Source of the DNA: Amphiscolops sp. MND2022
Lineage: Eukaryota
NCBI GenBank assembly: GCA_964187785.1
Contig: OZ076409.1
Coordinates: 26,104,001-26,164,000, forward strand
Direction: 5' to 3'
Length of the DNA: 60,000 nucleotides
Shown: positions 1 to 13,659 of the stretch, in pieces
Position numbering within the stretch: the stretch's first letter is position 1
Layout: every line of letters starts with the position of its first letter
The notes under the pieces: model-generated
Told to the model about the DNA's origin: nothing
Databases searched by the model: none
Seen by the model: only the letters and a program-made list of their open reading frames with translations
Program-made: the position numbers and the translations under genes

Positions 1-218
1 TCTTTTTTGTTGGTTCACATCAAAAATTGAGGTTTCTTCGGGCTTATTTCAGTATTCAGAACACTTTCGACTTTTGAGCGTCTTACAAAAGACGAAGAAA
101 TTCCAACATTAGTTTTGTTTTCTTTCTGTAGATTTAAGCAATTGATCTTTTTTGCTGTTTTGGCAGCTTATTCGAGGCAACTTCTTCATTCTCGTTTGTA
201 AAGTTTGTCCACATTTTT

Positions 219-889
219 TTAGCAAAACGGTTTTCTCATCCCTGTGCCGACAATGCACCATCCTGTCGAGTACTCATTCAACATTGATCGTAGGAAGATA
301 ATAATACACCCCGAGTATGAGTTTTCAGAACCATGCATAGATCTCTCAAACACATTTTCGGAGGATTTAAGCAAAAATATCAAAGAAAACTTGAATGTCT
401 TCTTCACTTCTCTCACCATATTGTAGCCTCGAACTTCAGCCATGAAATTGGCAACTCCAGGGCCAATTAGATCTGTTGCAGCTTGGATGCACAGAGGCAA
501 AAACTTTAGATCCCGAAGTTCCTTCTCGGTCAAGCAGAACACAATCAATGATAAGTTCAAGAAAATGCAGGAAACACTCAGCATGCAGCTTCCAACTGCT
601 TTCCACAGAAACGAAGGGTACACAATTTCCCACGAGTCGAAATCATAGTAAGAGTCTTCGAATCGGTCCGGGGGAATCCCCTCTGTTCCCTGGGGTGATG
701 TAGTTATACTTTCTGGAGTCGATGACCATCCAGAATGCCAATGTCCAGGAGGATACCACCATGTGGAAAAATGAGGCAGGGTGGGGAAGTGTGATCCAGA
801 TTGTTCGTAGCTCCTTGGATATGCGCTCCCAAATTGCGGCATTGAGCTATGTATTGAGCCCATTGTATGCGTTTGAATTTCTGTAGACG
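219..889 (-). CDS. Class A (rhodopsin-like) GPCR-like gene, exon encoding extracellular N-terminus and TM1-TM3 (partial; possibly pseudogene)
   Basis: ORF 219-863 has an S/T/P-rich N-terminus, then TM1 (CIFLNLSLIV, GN-like Asn), TM2 (LCIQAATDLIG, LAxxD-like) and Cys-TM3 (GCIIIFLRSMLNEYSTGWCIVGT). There is an AG acceptor at 891-890. Similarity ends just before the expected DRY-like motif. Confidence 0.6.
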
Positions 890-988
890 CTGTGTTAAAA
901 ACAGATAGTTTTCAGCTCATTAATTATTTGACAATACAACAGAAATCGAAAAACTGGCAATTCTCTGCAAATATTTTTTCTTGTTTAC

Positions 989-1100
989 CTTGAATTAGAG
1001 CAGACTGCAATATTCGTTCTAGTAGAGCATAAAACGGAATATCGATTGGGTGATGCAACGTATAATGTGGTCTTGGGACGGTAAGAAACTTGTGCGTCAT
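989..1100 (-). CDS. Putative first coding exon of the GPCR-like gene
   Basis: ATG at 1100, open to an AG|GTAAAC donor at 988. A 99-bp GT-AG intron (988-890) joins in frame to the 219-863 ORF. Confidence 0.4.
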
Positions 1101-1223
1101 ATAAGTGAGTTATTTGGGCAATATCAATTGAACTGACTCGAAAACAATAAACCGAACCCACACTTTTATTTTCAGGTCCGAAAAAAGTTGGAAGCTTTCA
1201 AACATCACTTGTTCGAAACAATC

Positions 1224-1418
1224 TGTGACAGAGTACTAAAAAGAGCAGTAAAGCTAAAAGTGAATTAAAGATAGTATTTACCAACACCTGTCAAAATGCT
1301 AGAATGAGTTACATGCCATAACATTTAGTTGCTGATGTCTTCGAATCGAGATACAGTTCGTAATACATTATTATCTCCCTTCTTTCTTTCTTTACTTGCC
1401 TCTCAGTAGTCTGTAACA
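1224..1418 (+). repeat. Gypsy 5' LTR
   Basis: TGTGACA...TGTAACA; direct repeat of 6165-6360 with about ten differences. Confidence 0.95.
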
Positions 1419-4400
1419 TGGCGCTGCGAGTAACTTCTACTGCGTCAATACAAAAAGAGAACCCTTCATTGCTACCCGGCCTGCCGCTGTTCTAGTCAAA
1501 TAGCACAAGATCCCCGTTAATGGAATGGGAACGATGGTTTGACTTGTTTGCCGAAGCAGTCGTAGCAAAACATTCAATCTCCACAAAGGAGTTGACAAGA
1601 ACCACGGATGCGAACAGTCCCATGATAAAGGCACTTATCGGGGATATGGCAGAAGAAGCGTAACTTGGCTATTCCTTTCGGTGGGAGAAACCGCTAGGAA
1701 GATGTTTAAAGATAAACACCCGGATCTGTCAGTCTGGACATTGGGAGTTCGGGAAATGATGTTTCTGTACAAAAAAAAAACAACAAAGTAACGAGTCACT
1801 AAAACAATTCTGGCACGCACTCAATGGACTGGCGTCGAGATGTGAGTTGGGCGAAATTACCCAAACGTTGGTGCATGATGTGTTCATTCTAAAAATGAAT
1901 AACAACAAAGTTCACGAAAAGTTATGCGTAGAGCCCTTCGATGACCCGCAAGATGCCCTGCAATATGCCATTTCCTATGAAGAAGGCGTCAAGAGACGAA
2001 AGACAATGGGGATAGGAGTGGCAGAAAGGTAAAAAGTGGCAATCAAGAGCGAACCAGTATGTGCGGTGGAAAGGGTCAACAAGAGAGAATGCTTTCGTTC
2101 GGCGTAGGAAACTTCACGACAGACCAAATAAAGAAATGCCCGGCCACCAACCATAAATGCGAACTTTGTGATATCATTGGCCACCTTGAAAAATGCTGTA
2201 ATCAAAAATATCATGAAAGAAGAAAGCAGATGAAACAGAGACTGCAGAACAGACAGAGAGGAATGTCAAAGTTGAACTACATATTGGAAGAATCAGACGA
2301 ATGGGATGACGACTCACTAGTTTTGCAGGTGAATGGTGCAGGAGTAAAACCGTTCATGATAGAATGCCTGATGTGTGGAAAGAAATTCCAGGCTATCATT
2401 GATACTGGCCCGCCCGTGTCTATCTCCGCAGTGGACGAGCTGGAGGGCATCATTGGAAAATACTGGGTAGTCGTCAGATAGATGATCGATTACGAAAGAT
2501 ATGTAGATTTCAAGAGACGTCCTCTGCCGCTGTTGGGATTTATGTTCGTTAGTGTCCAATTGAGGAAAATGAAAATGTCGAAGACAAGAGTGCTTGTCGC
2601 GAAGAAAGGAGCGAAATCAATTGTTGGTCATGATTGGCTCACAGCACTCAAATACAAAATCGAACAGCCAATGACAAAAGGTGAGAATGCTGTCAATAGC
2701 ATTTCCTGCGAAAGTGTAGATTCTGAGATTATGCTTAAGTCCAGACGCGGAGCAATTAGTTGAAGAGTTTCCAAGTTTGTTTAAAAGACTCGATAGAGTA
2801 ATCAGAATTACAAATTTAAAATTGACATGAAAGATGGTACTCGCGCCACACAGCAGAAAGGACGTAGAATACCACTACAATTGCAAGACCAAGTAGATAA
2901 AAAAATTAAAAATCTGCTAGAGCAAGGACATATTGAAAAAGTGGATACGATAAAAGACGACGTTTTTATAGAACCGGTAGTGATAACTGTAAAGAAAGAT
3001 CGTTCTGTAAAAATAGCACTAGACGCAAGAGCGTTAAATAACTCAATTACAAAAAACAAGTTTCAATTGCCAAATTCAGAAAATTTGATGGACATGATCG
3101 CAGAAAAATTGACGGAAAAAAAGGAAAAGTATGGTACAGTCGATATAAAATGTGCGTTGGACAGGTACCATTAGATGAAAGTACTGCTAAACACTGTAAT
3201 TTCCAACTTATCGGCGGAAAATCAACTGGCACATACCGATTCATAACCGGACACTACGGACTATCAATTTTGCCGACCGAATTTCGAAAACTAATGGACA
3301 TAACCCTCGTAAATATGGACTGTACATTTGTGTACATAGACCATACCTTAATAGTTACAAAAGGTGAAAAAAGTGTACATATGCAAAAAATCCAAAAAGT
3401 GTTAGATAGTGCGAATTTTCAATTGAGAGCACACAAATGTAAAATTGCTTGTACAAAAATAGAATAATTGGGATACGAGCTGTCAGGGGAAGGCATCGGC
3501 CCAATAAATGGCAAAGTGCAAGGAATCACTGAAAGACTACGACCGGGTAATTTGAGAGAATTGAGGTCATTTCTGGGAGCAGTTAACCAACTAAATAGGT
3601 TTGTACCGTACCTAGCTAACATTTATGCACTATTTAGTACAATACTGAAGAAAGAAGCTGAGTTGGAATGGACGCGAGAACATGAGAAGGCATTTTTGAA
3701 AATTAACCGAGAAGCTAAAAGAATAACGGAATTGACACATTTAAAAGAAATAAGAAATTGCGAATTATCTGCGATGCGAACAAACAAGGATTAGGGGCTG
3801 TACTCCAGCAACAGCAAAGTAACCAAGAATGGAAACCAGTGTCATTGGCGTCTAGATTTTTAACAAATTTTGAATCCAAATACTCGATTAACGAATTGGA
3901 ACTATAAACTGTAGTTTAAGCGATCGAACAGTTTAAAAGTTACGTGTACGGCGTGCAATTTCAAGTAATTCCGGAACACAAAGCGTTGGCATCAGTGCTA
4001 AAACCAAATAGAATTAATAAAACATTCTCTAGCCGCTTAACAAGATGCGTGGATAGGGGACTGCCATTCGAATTCGAAGTTATTCATGCACCAGGTAGGG
4101 TACTAGGGTTTTGCAGATTACTAATCAAGACACCCGAGCGAAATAAAAGGGAACGCGGTAAATTCTGAAAAACTATGGAACGACTGGTTCACCGTAAATA
4201 CAATTTCAAAAATTGATGCTTTTTCAGAGAATGAGACAACTCCAGAGGAGACTCCAAAATTGATGAAACTGCCGTACGCGCCTGATTCGGTATTGAGCGT
4301 GGAAAGCGAGCAAGACGCACAGCACCCTGAGAAAGCTAATGAACGAAAAGTTAATCAGTCAATCAGATCGCAGGAAAATTATGTGCGGCGGAACGAGCGG

Positions 4401-5872
4401 AAACTCAGTGCGGTGCAAAATTTAAGTGAAAAAAGTGAGCGAGAAAATCGTAAAAACATGCTGAATAACACGTCAGAAGTTATTGACAAAATCAACGATT
4501 CATTTCTACCTGCAAATTATGAAGCTGAAAAAATGCTTCAATTAGTAAAAATGAAAGAAGGAACGAAAATCTCTTTGTGGCCTGCGCCCTGGCGCAAAAA
4601 ATTCAACACCTTTAGTGTCGATAGCTGAATAAACCTGTGTATCGATGAGCGATTAGCGATTCCGACCAATTTACGCGCTTCTATTATGAGTTCGATTCAT
4701 TATGGACATCCTGGCAGAGATACCATGCTCCGGTATATCTGTGACTTCTGGTGGCCCAAAATACACCGCGAAGTGGTTACCACGGCAAAATGTGGCGATC
4801 AGTGCAACACAGCAGGTAAAAATATTAAACCTTTACTAAAGCAGAAACAATTCGGGAAAATTCCAAAACCTAAAAAACAGAACAATGAAATAGCACTAGA
4901 TTTTGCGGGTCCTTTCCAAAACGCAAAACGCGGAAAAAAATATTTGTTAGTAGCAATAGACAATTTTTCCGCATGGCCCGACGCCCTTTTTTATATAAAC
5001 CAACAAGCAAGAAAGTAATTGAAGTTTTAAAAATTACATACCACAGTACGGTATACCAAAACAAATTATATCGGATCCGGGCACAATTTACTAGTGAAGA
5101 GTTCAAAACATTTCGCAGCCATTTCCAAAAATATCACATAGCCTGCCCAGTGCGCGATCACCGGGGAAATGGCAAAATCGAGCGACTGATCTGATCCATA
5201 AACGAACGTCTAAGGACGAATAAAAACGTTGTCTTGAAAAGAGACAAAGCGGGTTTGTCGGAAATATTATACGCGTTAGGAATGGGAGAAAAAGCGGACA
5301 GAAAATCGCCAATTGAAAACGTGTACGAACGAAAACCGAAAACGGTAAAACGTAATATTGTAGACAAAATTGAGGGTGTTTCAGAAGTAGACCCAGGCCT
5401 AAAGTTCACTACGTCAGATTTTGAGGAGGAAACTGACTCAGCAATAATGGTGAGAGAGAGGACTAGAGCGTCCAAATTGAAAGTTCAGTTTAGGAAGAAA
5501 TCAGGAAAAACATTCGAGGAGACCGCCCAAGACATTACATTCCTCTCTAAGGGTGGAAAAAAGGAGGTAGTCTACTCCAAACGGGTTGTGGCGAAGACAA
5601 AACCGCAGAAGAAAAGCGTGAAACCCCGAAGAGAAGACCAAGCTGGGCCGTCCACAAGATGGGAGGAAATGGAGGAGTCATCGGAAGATGAAACATACAT
5701 CGTATCCGAGGAAACAAAGGACGATGAATCAACGCCAACAGACACCACAATCACAGCGAATGTGGAGAAAAAGGATGGGACGGACAATGAAGAGGGGTCG
5801 AGGCCTGATGCAGTCGAGACCGAAAGTAAAGAAAAGACAATTCCAACCGAAGAGAATATTCCTGGAAAATAA
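1418..5872 (+). pseudogene. Gypsy gag-pol, broken by many stops and frameshifts
   Basis: Gag (EWERWFDLF; decayed CCHC CELCDIIGHLEKCC), protease (AIIDTGPPVS), RT (VKIALDARALN, FVYIDH), RNase H, integrase (HYGHPG..C..C; IALDFAGPF). Confidence 0.92.
1419..1430 (+). promoter_or_regulatory. Gypsy primer-binding site TGGCGCTGCGAG
   Basis: TGG-initial sequence directly after the LTR; overlaps the apparent gag ATG at 1418. Confidence 0.8.
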
Positions 5873-6164
5873 AAGAAGAAAGCCGTGAAGGCATCAGTGA
5901 CGTGGAGCCCGCGCAAAGAGAAACGCGTCGAAGACGGCCAACGGAGCGCTACGGGATTGACGTAGTTATGCAGATAGAAGACGAAGAGAAGTAAAGGAAG
6001 CAAAGACCATAAACATCTGAAACAGAAGAAACATTAAAACGCCTTTGTGATTACTTTATTACACTATTATTACAGTCATGTAATCCGAAATAAACAACAT
6101 TAAAATTCTGGCTTTGTTTATTATGATGTATTGATTACCCCATGTGTTGTATTGAAACGGGGAG

Positions 6165-6360
6165 TGTGACAGAGTATTAAAAAGAGCAGTAAAGCTAAAA
6201 GTGAATTAAAGATAGTATTTACCAACACCTGGCAAAAATGTTGGAATGAGTTACATGACATAACATTTAATTGCTGTTGCCTTCGAATCGAGATACAGTT
6301 CGTAATACATTATTATCTCCCTTCTTTCTTTCTTTACTTGCCTCTCAGTAGTCTGTAAAA
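6165..6360 (+). repeat. Gypsy 3' LTR, preceded by PPT GAAACGGGGAG (6154-6164)
   Basis: Direct repeat of 1224-1418; terminal CA mutated to AA. Confidence 0.95.
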
Positions 6361-9300
6361 CAGTCTCAACTAAAATGGGCTCGAAAAAAACTTTTGCATG
6401 AAGGGTTCTAAAATTGCAATTTCATAAAGCTTTTTTCTGTGGCCTTCTCCATGGTTACCCTAATAAAAAAACGCCATTAGTCAAAAATTCAGTATTTTAA
6501 TGATTATTTTGACTTAATTACTTTTATTGTTGTTTCTGTTGGAAACAACGAGAAATACAATGAAGTTGTTTTGAGCTAATGTTTAATTGCTTTTTGGAAA
6601 TTGTAAAAATTAAATTACCTGACATTCTCGTCACTAACTCTTGGTTCGAAAAATGAATCAATTTCCAATCCGCTCTCCTCAAGCTTTAGCGCTAGTTTTG
6701 AAAAAGTGATCAAAGTGCCGATATGATCTTTTCCCTTGGGCTCCGATGCGATAAAAATTTCTTGATGGTTTTTTACTGTTTGATGATATCAACAGTATGG
6801 TTTCTTGTTAAAATGAACCAATTAGATGAAACGGCGGGTTTGAAAGTTATTGCTGAATTTCTCTTACATCCAAATTTGATATCCCAAAATTGCTATCTCT
6901 GCAAAACATTTTCCTATGACGTGTTTTGAAAAGTGAGCGTATGATGAAAATATGCAGCTCGCCGAATTGAACGCACGCGGTTCCTTCAGAGCTTCTACCA
7001 CGCGTCTTCGTTTTCGTTCGGATATTTTCCGCAATTTATTTTTTCAACAGTTGCCGAAGTTATTTTAGCGTTTCAAAAAAGCATTCTTCAAACAGAAAAT
7101 ACCGATACCGATTGTCATGTAGAGAAACTGAGTGTTCATGAGTATGGTTGAAAACGCACAAATTTCAAAGCAATTCAACAATGAGAGTTCTAATTTTATA
7201 CAAATAGATTTCTTTCTATTGAAAACTGAGATCCAGAGGAAAAATTTAACGTAATTCATTCAATCGACATTCAAATTTCAGAGTTCACTTTCAGAATTAG
7301 TGTTAATGTCGGATGCTACTGTATCAAAGAATGAGATAGCTTTTTGCGGTTCGACGGGCAAATTTTTATTAATCCTACTTGTATACCGTGATCTATTCGT
7401 GAAAGAGTATGAAACGTTTGTTTCATTTTTATCCACATTTTGTAGTTAGCCAAAATGGAAAAGGACAGCAAAATAATTTCATTTATCGATTGACGATGAA
7501 TGGGATACACGATAAAAAACGCTGAATACTTGTTGTCATATTCTTGCTTTGAAGTGGCTTGAATTAGTGAATTTTTAGCTGGAATTTGCAAATCTTACAC
7601 GAATTCTGTTAGAGTGTCGAATAAAGAGTTGGCGCCAGCGATTGAAAAACTAACTTTTACTTAGTTGAAATCTTGAGTTCCAAAACTTTCCAAATCACTC
7701 GAAACCCAACAGCGTGATTCACTTACCTCGCTGTTGTGAATATTTGAACTCAAATGATCAATTTGGTAATGGCGCTTAATGTTTGTTTCGAAGTTCATTG
7801 TACTGTGATTCCATTCGAACGGTGGCGTGATTTGAGTCAATTGTTATTTATTCAACCTATCGGTCGAATTGCAGTTCATTTTGCAGTTTCATTAATTGAT
7901 TTACTTCACTATGGAAAAATTGGAAGGAAATGCCAAAGTGGAGGTGTGATAAGTCCCAAAACGTGATGAAAAACTCATCTTATTTAAGTTTGGTGTTTGA
8001 ATTTCCTGTGATTTTAAAGCTTTTCCATTACACATCCGCTGAATAGAGTTTGAAGTTGACCAATTTAAATATCAAATTCAGAACACTAATAAAAAAAATT
8101 CAGGAAACTTAAATGTCTTGGACAACTGTTGAGTAGCTACCCCAGTTCCGATTTAGACAGGTGATTGCGGCTGGGAAGGTAGCATTGCACTGCTCAAAGA
8201 TCGAAAAAAAAATCGATCAACTGTTTCGGAGTTCAAACAATGAGAAATATTCTCTTGAAATAGCATTATTAGGCTTAGCAGGTCTAAGAACTAGGAATGC
8301 GTTTTATAACTGCTCATCGTAGTAGCGAGATTGAAAGCTCATCGTAAGAGCTGTAAATGTGAAACGAACGACCTTTTTGATGAAAACAATTCGTTGAGGT
8401 CGTTCAAACGCTGTGGTTGAGCGTACAACTTTTGGACCGGACAACAAGAGGAGAAGAAGATTTCCAGTCAAAAGAGAAATTGGGATCGAAGTATTACTCA
8501 GCCCAAGGAGTCTGGAGTTGAGGAACACAAAGCCGCGTCCAGCTGAGAAATCAGATACAGTCCTATTAAACGTTGGTTCCTGCTTTTCACCGAAGAAGCC
8601 GAACGAACAGGGGCCGGCAGTAAACTCAATTCCGCTGTAAGATTTGAGCGGCCGTTACATAGAAGATTCAAAAAAATCTCATCGACATGATCATCTTGCA
8701 TTCAGATATTGACTTCTGAATCACTTCTTTCGCGTAATCGCTTCCCAGATAAAATGCAGCAATTGACACTGAATTCATATTTATAACGAGACTGAAATTA
8801 CCCCGTTAGAACAGCTATGACTTTGTTGATTGTGTTCCTATTAAATACTAAATATGATGTTCAGCACCATTTGAAAAACAGCACTAAGGCAGTCTAGATG
8901 CAAGATTTTACGTTTGAAAAATCTCCTGTGCAGCTTGACCTTGTGCGTCTAATTTAATAGTTTTTCGCATGAAAAAAATCAAAAATCATGAATAAAATTA
9001 TTGGAAGACTTGAGAAGCTTCTAAATGGATTTTGTTCAAGTATTCCAACATCCGTTTTGTCTGTAACGAATCTCCATTATTGCATATCTAAGACAGGGTG
9101 ATTACGAAGTACACATTGACTATGTCACAATTTCGGTCAGGCCGGATTGGGATTCCCACTGAACGTAATATCCAAATACCTGCCACAGCAGAAATGAGTA
9201 AAGCAAAAAGCCGCCGCGTTAGCGATAACAACCAAAAAGAAGAAAAAATGACTCGTTGACAAAAAGGCTTGTAAATGCGCGTTTTGCCATAGTTAGTGCT

Positions 9301-9675
9301 GCATTTACTGTTTGGTGGCCCTACACCCAGTTTCAGAGGCTTTTTAAGTGCTGGTCTCGAGATGAAGCGTGATTCCCATTCTCGGGAGTTGTAAAAGACC
9401 ATACTACGGTTGGAGTGAATCTTGATAAGAAGGTACCCTCTCTTCGGGACTGGCATCTTTCTGAAGAAAAAGGTGCTGCTATGCCAAGGCCATCAGTCTT
9501 GGACCCCCCAAGCCATCGAATCAGTCCCTCCTCCTCGATAGCGTTGCTAGCGTCCACCACTCGTCGGTACAGGTTTTCTTGGTAAAAAATGATTTTCAAG
9601 TTTTCCTTATCTTTCTGCTTCGTTTTTTTTTTATTTTACAACTATCAAATAGGATGGATCTTTGTCATCAATCAA

Positions 9676-9973
9676 GTGCCATGTGTGTCATTACGTTCGT
9701 GTGGAGGGATAGGAAAGTAAAATATTTTAAAGTAAAATTCTTTTGCCTAAACACCTTACAGTTAACTTTTCTTCTTTTTTGCTCTCATACGTTTTTTCCG
9801 AATGAGACGATCTTCGTGAAACCATCGAAGCGACGTTTCCAAGAAGATATCTCGGGAAACATCGTTTTAGTTCCATAGAAACGATTGCTCTTGATTCGTA
9901 TCTCGAAATTCTAAAATTTGCTAACTTCGTACCTGTTGTGCCATGTGTGTCATTACTTTCGTGTGGAGGGATA
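9676..9973. repeat. 36-bp direct repeats (9676-9711, 9938-9973) flanking a ~217-bp copy of 12547-12763
   Basis: GTGCCATGTGTGTCATTACnTTCGTGTGGAGGGATA occurs twice; the intervening sequence aligns with 12547-12763. Confidence 0.85.
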
Positions 9974-11605
9974 AGACACACACCCATGGTCTGCGACGAA
10001 ATTAGCAAACCCAAAAGGAGAAAACCAACCACTATCCCAGAAGACTCGTACCAACAAAAAACGGCCAACAATCTTCACATACAAGCCACTCTCCCAGTAA
10101 GCTGGGAGATCAAAGGTAAAAAAAGCTTCGATGATATACGGGTTTGAAACATAATAACTCTTTGTAACATATTTCTTCAAACGCATCTCTGTCGCTCACA
10201 GTTCCTAGAAGGCAGGCCTCATTGTATAGCTGAAGAGCTATTTGGACCCGTTGCTCCAAAAAGCTGCCAGGTCGTCGAACGTCGTGCGAACGACAGAGCT
10301 TTTAACAAAGAGACGTAGTGAATTTTACACTGCTCTCTCCCAAAGAAGCCTGTACATCCATAACGACCGGTTGAAAAACGTCCCCTTTGACTATCAATTC
10401 GCGATTCGTCGCATTATTATGTGCTTCAGCCTCGGTGGCGAATGCTTCTAGGGTTGCATAAGGAGCCTTGGCTTAGACGACTGGGTGCAAGAGCGTCCAC
10501 ATCCGTGACACCCACCATCTGTATACTCATTTCCCAAGGAATCATCATAACACCGTCAAAGCGTTTGTCATCAATTCGGAACAGTCCACGCGGATCGAGT
10601 ATTGAAGGCAAGTTGAGGGATCCCAACGTCTGCTTTATGGGAATATTGAGAGTAGTTTGACGTGAGAAAAGACCAGCATTCTTAGTGCAAGTAAGACCGT
10701 GTAAACGGTCCCGTTCATCTTTTTTATCACAGTGGCACGCAAGCCTAATTCGGATGTTGGCTCCAAGACCAAACCAATAGAATTTTGTAGCTGCTGATTT
10801 TAAAATTTCAGGCCTAGTTTCTTGCAAGGAAAATCATTCAACCACTGAGATCCCAATTTTCATTGTCGAGCGTTCAAAATTTTCAAACATTTGTCATCTA
10901 TTCTAGAAAAAACTTCCAGGCGGTTTCAACGTTGTTTTTGACGCGGTTTCACGGGCGGTTGAACGACAAGTTGGGTGCAGAATTTCTGGGTTCGGTGGAA
11001 AGGTTTTTTCTGTTCATTTGTCGAACTCTGTCTTTTCTCAAGTGCTTTTGAGAACGAAACATCTTCGAAGGTTCCCAGGAAAATCATCGTAAGAAAGTCG
11101 CTCGCACCAAAAACTGGGTCGAGGAACTGCTAAAACTGCGGAAAATGCTAATATTGATGCGCATGAAACCCCAAGACCACCCTTTTTCTCTGGGTTTGGG
11201 CTTTCTATGAGAGAACGCGAAAGATGTGAGGCCATTTCAGCGCCCTTTTTGGTCCCTTCACCTATTTCTTTTTTAGCAACTTCCAAGTCTTGCTCACCGT
11301 GATTCGAAGACACGATACTCGGCACATTTCGCGGACGGACAACCTGCGGCACGTATTGCGTACAGCGAATAGAAATCCTCCTTGGGGCTTATTAGCGCAA
11401 TTAATTTTGCACCAAAGAAGTACGGTAGAAGTTCGTAAGGTATTTTTTACCTCGAGAGTCACGTTCACAATTCTTGCCTAGTGGTTGCGAAAACTCAATT
11501 AAAATTTTTCCGTTCAACTTGACAGTCAAATGTTTCAAAAATTGGAATTAAATGTCACCCAAACAAGCACTATAGCCATTGGTGAAGGACATGAGAGCCT
11601 TGTGC

Positions 11606-11643
11606 AAGAAGAAGAAGAAGAAGAAGAAGAAGAAGAAGAAGAA
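11606..11643. repeat. (AAG)n microsatellite inside CRE copy 1
   Basis: About 12 perfect units. Confidence 0.95.
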
Positions 11644-12760
11644 TGCAGTCGTCGATCTAACCCGCTTTTCTAATGCGGTTTTCTTTTGCATTTCGGTTTC
11701 TTCCTAAATACACTATCCCGAGTACGCTAGTTGATCATTGCTCTGAGTGATGAGTTCTGAAGTTTATCTCTTTGAGGTGGTTTTTCCAAAAAAAATAAGA
11801 GAGAAGAACAATCAGCATCACATTGCAAAACTCGAGAAGATTCACAAAATCAAAATTTTTGGGTATCAGAATGTCGGCCAAGGGGTTCCGTGAATTCTTT
11901 TCAGGTGAACAACGGCTGAATTGAAAAGAGTGTGTGATGTATAATTGTCATCATGACTCCGACCGATAGAGGTCCCTGAAGAGCTCCTACAACATTTAAC
12001 TTCGGCAATGCTCCAAGCATCCATTCTTGATAAAATGGCGCAATGTATATGCACTCATGCGTTGCAAAGCCTACAATTTACCTTGACAATTGATAGTCTA
12101 TCAACCCTGAGGACTTCAGCTTTAGACATTCGGGAGCGTTGCAGGTTTCGTTGTTTTTCATCGGAACTCAACGTCAAAACCTAACCATTTGCAGGAATAC
12201 CACTTTCGGGTTTGTGCCAATCTCCTCAAAAGAACACAACCACAGTGAAACAATTAGTGTGTGAAAAAAACGTACAATGATTGAATGAAATAAAAAACCT
12301 AAAATCATAGGATCGTTCGTTCAGCCCAAGTGCAGCGACAATAAAAAAAAACAGCGTCAGAGGGAAACAACAACAATTGGGTTTCCTTCAAATAAACAAA
12401 AGATAGTTTCTGACGCGAGAATGAGACGTTTTTAACCTACTGATCAGTGGATAAGTGATGGTGTTGGTTCTTGTTTGCCAAAGGATTCAAACAAATTCCG
12501 TGATACTGCGAAAAGTTTGTCAATTGACAAAAGAAGACAGTGAACTTATTTTAAAGTAAAATCCTTTTGCCTAAACACCTTACAGTTAGTTTTTCTTCTT
12601 TTTTGCTCTCATACGTTTTTTCCGAATTAGACAATCTTCGTGAAACCCTAGAAGCGATGTTTCCAAGAAGATATCTCGGGAAACATCGTTTTGGTTCCAT
12701 AGAAACGATAGCTCTTGATTCGTTTCTCGAAATTCTAAAATTAGCCAACTTCGTACCTGT

Positions 12761-13659
12761 TGTAACTGTTTTTTTTCTAGATGGGCCAACATTTTCAACG
12801 TCTTCCACTACTACTCCACTGGGTTCTGGTCCAACACCCAAGCATCTTGTTCAGAGGAAACAGTAGAGAGACTGTCTTTTTTAGAAGAGAGATTCTCTTT
12901 CAGCATTAAAACTTCTCTATCTCCAAATTTGGTATCCCGTAGTCTTCTAGAAAGTCGGTTTTCGATTTTACTAGAGATGTCTTCAAAGTCCTGTTCTGAG
13001 AGACATGTGTTTCCGTCTACAGATTAGCTAAGAACTTCGTTGTTTTCTTGGCTGCTGGAAAGATAACTTCTCAGCTTTCTTTTCTGTGACTTCTCCAGCA
13101 TCATAATGGGAAAAAGTTACTAGTGGCAACAATTTAAATAGGAAAATACGATATCTCATAGTTGTACCATGATGAAGCAAAATTTTTAGCCCAGAAGGGG
13201 ACAATGGTAGGAAAGTATTAGACAAATTAAAAAATTTTTCTAATAGAAAGTTCAAAACTAGAACGAATACTTCGCGAAGTTGAGTGTTGTTCGAAACGAA
13301 GTCCAAAATTGTTGCCTCCCTAATGACGCCTAAGGTATATATACTTTACGCTAGAGGCGCGCGATAAATTCCGAGCGTAAATTCACAACTCGTCAGTTCG
13401 GCGTCCTGCCAAGGCTTGGGAATTCCAAATTAAGAAGGCTTCCTGAGGACTTGACGTTCAACGTCATCTCACTTACAAGGAAGAAGGGGAATCAGCTTCT
13501 TATCGAAGTCCCATTTCGGCGTCCCATTCTTCTTCATTCCCCGCCAATTCAAGTCGCCGAACCAAAGTTGGCACTGAATTTCATCAACCCAGCTAGTAAA
13601 GCGGAAAGGAAACTGAAATTTACATCGAAGAATTTACGAATATTACTGACTAAATAACA
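12761..13659 (-). mobile_element. Possible LTR or 5' relic of a retroelement with a decayed charged ORF
   Basis: Ends TGTTA...TTACA on the minus strand. Contains a broken ORF (MMLEKSQKRKL...EQDFEDISSKIENRLSRRLRD). No TSD found. Confidence 0.3.

Larger units (their letters stand above)
1224..6360 (+). mobile_element. Full-length decayed Ty3/Gypsy LTR retrotransposon
   Basis: Two ~195-bp LTRs, PBS, PPT, 5-bp TSD CAATC (1219-1223)/CAGTC (6361-6365), and PR-RT-RH-IN order in fragmented ORFs. Confidence 0.95.
9625..12385 (-). mobile_element. Decayed, internally deleted CRE-clade (RLE endonuclease) non-LTR retrotransposon, copy 1
   Basis: Minus-strand fragments VVHLKRI, RT-2 region (NTCRRLS), CCHC (HGLTCTKNAG), RLE (DDKRFDGVMMIPWEM). 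Colinear with 28255-28410 and 30468-33840; A-rich 3' end near 9625. Confidence 0.85.

Noticed and set aside
8300..9600. Host exons (ORFs 8413-8640, 8498-8701, 9088-9456, 9333-9599)
   Set aside because: No recognisable domain or consistent splice model. Cannot be excluded without transcript data.
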